From Thermodesulfobacteriota bacterium (GTDB lineage Bacteria; Desulfobacterota_D; UBA1144; Nemesobacterales; UBA2774): DNA of 64,000 bases. A program made the translations under genes and the position numbers. This document shows positions 58,517-64,000 of the stretch, piece by piece (position 1 is the first letter of the stretch; every line of letters starts with the position of its first letter). The stretch covers positions 928,001 through 992,000 of the forward strand of contig OZ244991.1 in NCBI GenBank assembly GCA_965223335.1. The letters run 5' to 3'. The notes beneath the pieces are model-generated. The model was not told where the DNA came from. It was given only the letters and a program-made list of their open reading frames with translations, and did no database searches.

Positions 58517-59596
58517 TTAATTACCGGCGGGATAAGAGCCCAGCACTTTTAGAAAGGTGGCGTTGCGACGAACCCGCCCTAGAAGCTTTTTTATCCTTTC
58601 ATCCTCTAGGTGGCCCTCGAAGTCGACGAAAAACATGTACTCCCAGGGGCTCTGCTTAGAGGGTCTCGATTCTATTTTCGTAAGGTTGATCCTAGCTTCA
58701 CCGAAGGGCTTGAAAAAATATCTGTCCAGCGCCCCGGGTTTATCCTTTAGCGAGAACACTATCGATGTCTTATCCCTAACACTTGGCCCGGGGATGTCGT
58801 GTCCTATCACAAAAAACCTTGTCGAGTTATCGAGCGTGTCCTCAATATTTTTCTTAAGCACATTGAGCTTATATATAGACGATGCATACTCGCTTCCGAT
58901 AGCGGCAAAGTTTTTCCTGCGCGTAGCCATCCGCACGGCCTCTGCGGTGCTTGGGGTTTCTATGTACTCGACCCCGCTTAGGTTGGCGTTTAGCCACTTC
59001 CTGCACTGCCCCAGAGCCTGGGGGTGGGACGCTACGGTTTTTATATCCTTAATACTTGTTGATTTAGAGATTAAGAAGTGCTTTATGCTCTCATAACACT
59101 CCGACACCACCCTTGCCTCCGAGGTTGTGAGTATATCGAGCACAGCACCTATCGAGCCCTCGATAGAGTTCTCAACCGGCACCACTCCGTAGTCGGCACG
59201 CAGGTTCTCTATCTCCTCAAAGACCTCGTTAAAACCCCCAACGGGCGAGTACACCGCGGTGTTGCCAAACTCTTTATGGGCGGCCTGGTGCGAAAAACTC
59301 CCCTTCGGACCCAGGTAAGCGATCTTAAGCGGTTGCTGCAGCCCGCGGCAAGCCGAGATTATCTCCCTAAATATAGCAATAACGGACGAGTCTTTTAGCG
59401 GGCCCTTGTTAAGCTCTTTTAGCGCCCTTTCTATCTCTTTTTCCCTAACCGGGTCATATACGCTAAATTCCTTCTCGTTCTTTAGGTTCCTTATATTAAG
59501 CGCAACATTGGCCCTTTTGTTCAAAAGCCGCAAGAGGTCTTTATCTATCTGATCAATGATCTTTCGTAACTTGCTTAGATTAGCTGGTGGGCCCAT
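58517..59596 (-). CDS. pheA: Chorismate mutase/prephenate dehydratase
   Basis: LRKIIDQID, YLGPKGSFS, PVENSIEG, SHPQAL, TRF, ESRPS; start placed at ATG 59596. Confidence 0.95.
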   Translation of the reverse strand: MGPPANLSKLRKIIDQIDKDLLRLLNKRANVALNIRNLKNEKEFSVYDPVREKEIERALKELNKGPLKDSSVIAIFREIISACRGLQQPLKIAYLGPKGSFSHQAAHKEFGNTAVYSPVGGFNEVFEEIENLRADYGVVPVENSIEGSIGAVLDILTTSEARVVSECYESIKHFLISKSTSIKDIKTVASHPQALGQCRKWLNANLSGVEYIETPSTAEAVRMATRRKNFAAIGSEYASSIYKLNVLKKNIEDTLDNSTRFFVIGHDIPGPSVRDKTSIVFSLKDKPGALDRYFFKPFGEARINLTKIESRPSKQSPWEYMFFVDFEGHLEDERIKKLLGRVRRNATFLKVLGSYPAGN

Positions 59597-59705
59597 TTTT
59601 TTATCAATTCGGGGGATTCGCACAATGATAGCAATAGCCTTTATTATTGTCAAATACCATAAATACTGATCACATTTGTGTTATATATCCGTTAGTTACG
59701 GTTTG

Positions 59706-60236
59706 TTAAATCCCTCGTTTATCCCCCTTTTCGTTTTTTAGAGACGCTTTATCAATCACGGACTGGTCTACATATATAGGCACACCCAACCTCGCGGCCA
59801 GCGCTAGGGCATCGCTTGGCCTTGCATCGATTTTAGATTTTTTGTTGCCGCTTGAAATCCGTACCTCGGCATAGTAAACACTGTCGCGGAGGTCTACAAT
59901 CACTACCTGCTCTACCTGGGCGTCGAGGGTCCTTAGAATAGCTGCAAACAGGTCATAGGTAAGCGGTCTAGGTGCTACGACCCCCGAGACCCCAATCTCA
60001 AGCGACCTTGCCTCACATAACCCTATCCATATGGGGAGCAACTCTCCTCCTTCCTTGTCGCTAAGCACCACCACAGGGCTCCCCACTGCCTGGTCAAATC
60101 CCATGCCCTTTATCTCCATCTCGTGCAATCCATTTTCGGGTACGGTTTTCTTCTTTACTTCCTCGCCCCCAGCAGATACAAGCATCAACGCCATCAATAC
60201 CACGACAACCCCGGTGATTCGAGTACACTTCCCCAC
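59706..60236 (-). CDS. Bifunctional nuclease (DUF151/BFN) family protein with N-terminal signal-like segment
   Basis: LPIWIG, PRPLTYDL, DARPSDALALA; GTG at 60236 has an AGGAGG RBS. Confidence 0.88.
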   Translation of the reverse strand: MGKCTRITGVVVVLMALMLVSAGGEEVKKKTVPENGLHEMEIKGMGFDQAVGSPVVVLSDKEGGELLPIWIGLCEARSLEIGVSGVVAPRPLTYDLFAAILRTLDAQVEQVVIVDLRDSVYYAEVRISSGNKKSKIDARPSDALALAARLGVPIYVDQSVIDKASLKNEKGDKRGI

Positions 60237-60433
60237 GGCACACCTCCTTAGCTTTTTCACTTCTACTTATAATACAGGACTTACCCCCAATACTCGGGAT
60301 GATCTAAGAAATTTGATAAATAGTCGCACCACCACAATATCATTGTACGCTATCCGTATCACTATTTATATCATATACAGAAATTTCGGTTGGTAGCACT
60401 AAAGGGATTTTTAGGTTTTTAGGAAAATCTGCG

Positions 60434-60700
60434 TTACTTCTCTCCGATTATATATAGACAGCCCCTCTCACCTACAACGGCCGAGTGCACCTCGTTCGCA
60501 AGTACATCGAACCGGTCCCCGGGCCCGTAGGTAACTGTTTCACCGCCCGAGGTAATAGTGATCTCACCCTCGAGCACTATGTGTGCTGTGGTCCCGCGGT
60601 GTGTGTGTTCGGGGTAATGAGCGTTTGGCGGGTCGCGGTGCGTGAATACACCCGAAAACCCTTCGTCAATAAGATTTTCTATTAACTTATTTTCATTCAT
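60434..60700 (-). CDS. Cupin domain protein
   Basis: HTH...AHIVLEG, GD.F.V....H. Confidence 0.85.
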   Translation of the reverse strand: MNENKLIENLIDEGFSGVFTHRDPPNAHYPEHTHRGTTAHIVLEGEITITSGGETVTYGPGDRFDVLANEVHSAVVGERGCLYIIGEK

Positions 60701-60727
60701 TTTAGGTTCAAATTGGTAGCATAAGGA

Positions 60728-61624
60728 TCAAAAACGTGTCACAGAGCCCTTTTGAAATCTGGGTTGATCGATTGTGCCTATAATCTTCCCGCCCAGGCTC
60801 CCGTCTCGCTGGCGCTCGAGATAAGAGGTGAGTATCTGCTTGTACTTCGAGTACTCGGGCCCGGTGATCTGTACCCTAAACCCAAGGTCTATGCGCCCCG
60901 TGCCTGGCAGCTTCCAAAGTAGCGGTGTGGTGCCCGTGACCTCCATATTGATACCGTTACCGCTTAGCTTAAGCTGGTCGATAACCGTACTCTCACCGCC
61001 TATGTGTCCGTTTAGGTTTGTAGTTAAACCCGATAGAGCCGGGAGTGTGAACTGACCTAGCTTAAGGTTGCTAAGCTCCATGCCGTCTACTACAAAATTA
61101 AACTCACCCTCGGGTATACCTTCCATCCCCACGCTAAGCTCTCCGTTTACGGGACCGCTTATTGTGAATTTGTTATTACTCTCTCTGGACATAAAGAAAG
61201 GCAGCACATCTATGTCCACTCCTTCCAGTTTTGCCCTCACGCTGTTTACGGCTTTTTGCTCCGAGTTATACCTCAAAACCCCGTCTACACTACCCCCCGC
61301 GACCCCAGCACTATAGCCGAGCTTCTTGTTTTTGAACAAGAGACTAAGCAGCCCGGGTTTAAGCCTAAGGTTATCAATCTCTAGGGATTCGCTTGGGGAC
61401 TTAATCAGTTTTACCTTCTCTATCTTAAGACCCAGAATACCTGCAAGCGATGCCCCCGTGACCTCTGCTACATAAGGAGTGTTTCTTTCGATTTCGGCTA
61501 CTATTTTATTCTCTATAATCTCCGAGGGAAACGTGATGTAGAGGAATATAAAAAACGCAATCACAAAAAATAGCGAGTATGAAACCGGTTTAAAGTAGCG
61601 TGACTTCATAAATCGATCTTTCAT
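60728..61624 (-). CDS. gspN: Type II secretion system protein GspN-like
   Basis: N-terminal TM ending YITFP, beta-rich body, C-terminal GT...P; follows gspL-gspM. Confidence 0.72.
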   Translation of the reverse strand: MKDRFMKSRYFKPVSYSLFFVIAFFIFLYITFPSEIIENKIVAEIERNTPYVAEVTGASLAGILGLKIEKVKLIKSPSESLEIDNLRLKPGLLSLLFKNKKLGYSAGVAGGSVDGVLRYNSEQKAVNSVRAKLEGVDIDVLPFFMSRESNNKFTISGPVNGELSVGMEGIPEGEFNFVVDGMELSNLKLGQFTLPALSGLTTNLNGHIGGESTVIDQLKLSGNGINMEVTGTTPLLWKLPGTGRIDLGFRVQITGPEYSKYKQILTSYLERQRDGSLGGKIIGTIDQPRFQKGSVTRF

Positions 61625-61626
61625 AG

Positions 61627-62226
61627 CTAAATAACCCTATTGAACTTGAACGACGAGATCCTAAGCGATACGTTCATTAGATCCGGTTTATCGAACTTTG
61701 TCTTTATCCTCAGATTCGAGACCTTAAGAAAGGCCTGTCTCGACTGCAGTTTATATAGTATATCGAGTAAATCCCTAAGCGATACCTGTTTTAGGTCAAC
61801 ATCTACACTCTTTTCCGAGTAGAAGTCCTCGGGCTCAGGGGCCCTGGTGTTTACATCCTTTATTGAAAAGTTTTTACGCTCTATGTTCTCATCGATCAGT
61901 ATTTTTTCCACCACAGATATGAGTGCTTCTTCCTCGGTCTTTATCTTTGTCGAGAGTTCCCTGATCTTTTGTTTCGACTCTATGTACTCTGTGCGAAGCG
62001 CCTTTATTTTCTCCAGGTCCGTGTGCAGCTCGATGTTTCTTTTCTCTAGCTTTGCAGCCCCCGAAGAAAACGAATGGAATACGAGATAGAGGATCATTAG
62101 AGATACACCTACAGCACCTATCATCACAGCCCTTCGGTCGCGCTCCGTAGACATCACGCGGTTTATAAATGTAAAAACCTTTTCCCTCAATTTTTGTGTG
62201 AACTCAGAAACTCTCTCTCTATTCAT
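61627..62226 (-). CDS. gspM: Type II secretion system protein GspM-like
   Basis: RER-like motif (STERDRR), TM, coiled coil, ferredoxin-like C-terminus. Confidence 0.72.
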   Translation of the reverse strand: MNRERVSEFTQKLREKVFTFINRVMSTERDRRAVMIGAVGVSLMILYLVFHSFSSGAAKLEKRNIELHTDLEKIKALRTEYIESKQKIRELSTKIKTEEEALISVVEKILIDENIERKNFSIKDVNTRAPEPEDFYSEKSVDVDLKQVSLRDLLDILYKLQSRQAFLKVSNLRIKTKFDKPDLMNVSLRISSFKFNRVI

Positions 62227-62230
62227 CTAG

Positions 62231-63691
62231 CTACACGCTCGTTTTCAGTACTAGCGACATCTCAAACTTTGTGCTGTTGTTCACAGCGTTTCCCGTCTGG
62301 TTAAGCGCCACGCGCTCAAACTTTCCCGAGCCCGAAAGCGCTTTTTCAATCTTGGCGACATCCTGATAGGAGCCGCACCTGCCCTTAATCTTCACAGTCT
62401 TATCGTTTTCAAACTTCACTTCATCAAGAGTCAAATTCATGCTCTTTGGGATGCTAAGCGATATATCCCTAAGCACATCAAGTGGTGTGGGCCCGCCCTC
62501 TACGCCCTCGATTGTGCGAAGCTTGTTACGGACCTTTGCTACCTCGCTCTCCATAAACTGCTGTGGGCGGGGTATAACCTTAATCTCTGGGAAGGTCTCG
62601 CGCACTATCTCGTCTATCTGGGCCTGCGTTTGATTGACCTCGCTTCTAAGCTCAAAGTAACTGGAGGTAGAGCGATAGAGAAGCACGCAGAGCAGTAGCA
62701 CCAATAAGATTGCCGGGGTCAAAAACAACTTACGAAGCTCACTGTCGCGCCCCTCGTATTTAAACTCGTCCTTTCTATAATTGAGCTTCCCACTCGCAAT
62801 AGAACTGCCGTAAAGAGCCAACGCATACGACTTACCGTGTACACACGAGTTATCTACACCCAGATCCTGTATATACAGTTTTTTGACCTCTCTACCGAGC
62901 CCGCTGCCGAGGTTATCTACAACACCAGGCACAAGTGCGATACTCCCGCTTACCAATATGGATTTAATCTCCTGCCTAAGCTCGGTCTCAAAAAACTGTA
63001 CGGTTCTCCTAACCTCTGCTACCAATGGCCCCAGGCCCTCTTGTAAAGCAGCGTAGGAAGAGTCCGAGTCCACATCGCTCCCGCCACTGCTTGGGTCCAG
63101 TAACCCGGATACATCCAACGACGACGATCTCACCCTCTTAAGCCCAGCGTCATCAAACAGAGAGAAACTCAAGCCGCTCTCGTCCATATTAACCAGCAGT
63201 AGCGGGCGTTCACCCACAAGCTCGTCGTTTAGCGAGGAAAAGGCAAACGGAGTGTAAGTAACAACCTTGGGGTCAAGCCCCCCGCCCTCACAGATATCCA
63301 GAACGTTTTTTATGCTCTCTTTCTCGTATACCGCTACGAGTGCTTCACTGCCGCCCTCTGATTTCACAAGGTGATAGCCATGAATCTTCTCGCCCGGATC
63401 AAACGTAGACACACCCTCAAGCTCAAACTCATAGACCTGATCTATTTTCTTGGGATCGGTAAACGGAAAACTTATGACCCTGACAGATATGGGGCCCTCA
63501 GAAACAGATGCAGCGACATCACCCTTTGGAAGAGAGTTTTCGGTAAAAGCTTTGGATAGAGCACTCGATACGTCTTCGGTGACTGGTACCCTTAGGGTTT
63601 GGAGGAGTTGGAGCTCCCTAAAACCCCTTTTCACCAAACAGAGTCTTACCTCATTTTTACCAAAATCCAGACCTACAAATCTTCCGTACAT
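62231..63691 (-). CDS. gspL: Type II secretion system GspL-like protein (PilM-like actin-fold plus PilN-like domain)
   Basis: VGLDFG start, FPF....I, single TM, C-terminal PilN-like region. Confidence 0.75.
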   Translation of the reverse strand: MYGRFVGLDFGKNEVRLCLVKRGFRELQLLQTLRVPVTEDVSSALSKAFTENSLPKGDVAASVSEGPISVRVISFPFTDPKKIDQVYEFELEGVSTFDPGEKIHGYHLVKSEGGSEALVAVYEKESIKNVLDICEGGGLDPKVVTYTPFAFSSLNDELVGERPLLLVNMDESGLSFSLFDDAGLKRVRSSSLDVSGLLDPSSGGSDVDSDSSYAALQEGLGPLVAEVRRTVQFFETELRQEIKSILVSGSIALVPGVVDNLGSGLGREVKKLYIQDLGVDNSCVHGKSYALALYGSSIASGKLNYRKDEFKYEGRDSELRKLFLTPAILLVLLLCVLLYRSTSSYFELRSEVNQTQAQIDEIVRETFPEIKVIPRPQQFMESEVAKVRNKLRTIEGVEGGPTPLDVLRDISLSIPKSMNLTLDEVKFENDKTVKIKGRCGSYQDVAKIEKALSGSGKFERVALNQTGNAVNNSTKFEMSLVLKTSV

Positions 63692-63758
63692 GTTTAAGTA
63701 AGTTACTTAATCTTATGGATTAAATCTAAAGTAAAGGTCTCTCAAAGTCAAATGTATA

Positions 63759-64000
63759 TTAAAGCGCTGTGGCTCTCAACAGACTAAATACGTTCACTAT
63801 TTTTGCCCCATTACCCTTGAGCATCCGAGCACACTCGTTGGTAGTGGACCCAGTGGTAATTACATCATCCAAAAGCAATACCGACCTGCCGTCGAGCCTG
63901 CCTTTATCCGATACCTCAAATGCCCCCCTAACGTTGCGCTTACGCTCGGCCTCGTTTTTAATCTCGAATTGCGGGCGTGTGGGACGCAGTTTTCTAAGTA
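63759..64000 (-). CDS. comF: ComF family phosphoribosyltransferase-fold protein, 3' part only
   Basis: Manual translation: ...RKRNVRGAF...VLLLDDVITTGSTTNECARML...*; absent from the ORF track because it is truncated. Confidence 0.88.
   Translation of the reverse strand, partial: LRKLRPTRPQFEIKNEAERKRNVRGAFEVSDKGRLDGRSVLLLDDVITTGSTTNECARMLKGNGAKIVNVFSLLRATAL

Noticed and set aside
59597..59653. Extended pheA N-terminus starting at TTG 59653
   Set aside because: That TTG is part of a TTGACA-17-TATCAT promoter-like sequence; homology begins after ATG 59596.
1..64000. Many short antisense or nested ORFs in the six-frame track (e.g. 9350..9895, 25628..26176, 58557..59096)
   Set aside because: Shadows of well-supported genes on the other strand or frame, with no independent signals.
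1..64000. CRISPR arrays, rRNA, transposases, prophage or defence genes
   Set aside because: No spaced direct-repeat array or recognisable motifs found by reading; almost all sequence is accounted for by other genes.

Overview
A 64 kb, densely coding bacterial chromosome segment. Gene order and families (aroA-cmk-rpsA-sppA-HIT-lapA, gspLMN, ApgM-type phosphoglycerate mutase) suggest a Gram-negative, deltaproteobacteria-like lineage, possibly Ca. Dadabacteria; this is inference only. Contents in order: the tail of a cobalamin/iron ABC uptake operon; fabH; core housekeeping genes; an unusual AccA-AccD fused carboxyltransferase; and a ~17.5 kb co-directional glycosylation/sulfation cluster (22.8-40.4 kb). 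That cluster holds a eukaryote-type UDP-galactopyranose-mutase-like flavoprotein with a duplicated membrane domain, 5 glycosyltransferases, a dehydrogenase, an HTTM protein, 2 degenerate AlkP-superfamily enzymes, 3 sulfotransferases and a flippase, and is the best candidate for an undescribed system. After it come an orphan nuoI, a murQ-anmK-nagZ-Na+/solute symporter peptidoglycan-recycling operon, tRNA-Gly(CCC), a DEAD-box helicase, mlaD, and purH with a structured leader. The end of the window has two outer-membrane beta-barrels separated by a DnaA-box-containing hairpin, phoBR with a PHO-box-like array, pheA, gspNML and a partial comF. No CRISPR array, rRNA, transposase or phage gene was recognised. 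All calls come from reading motifs by eye; no database searches were run.
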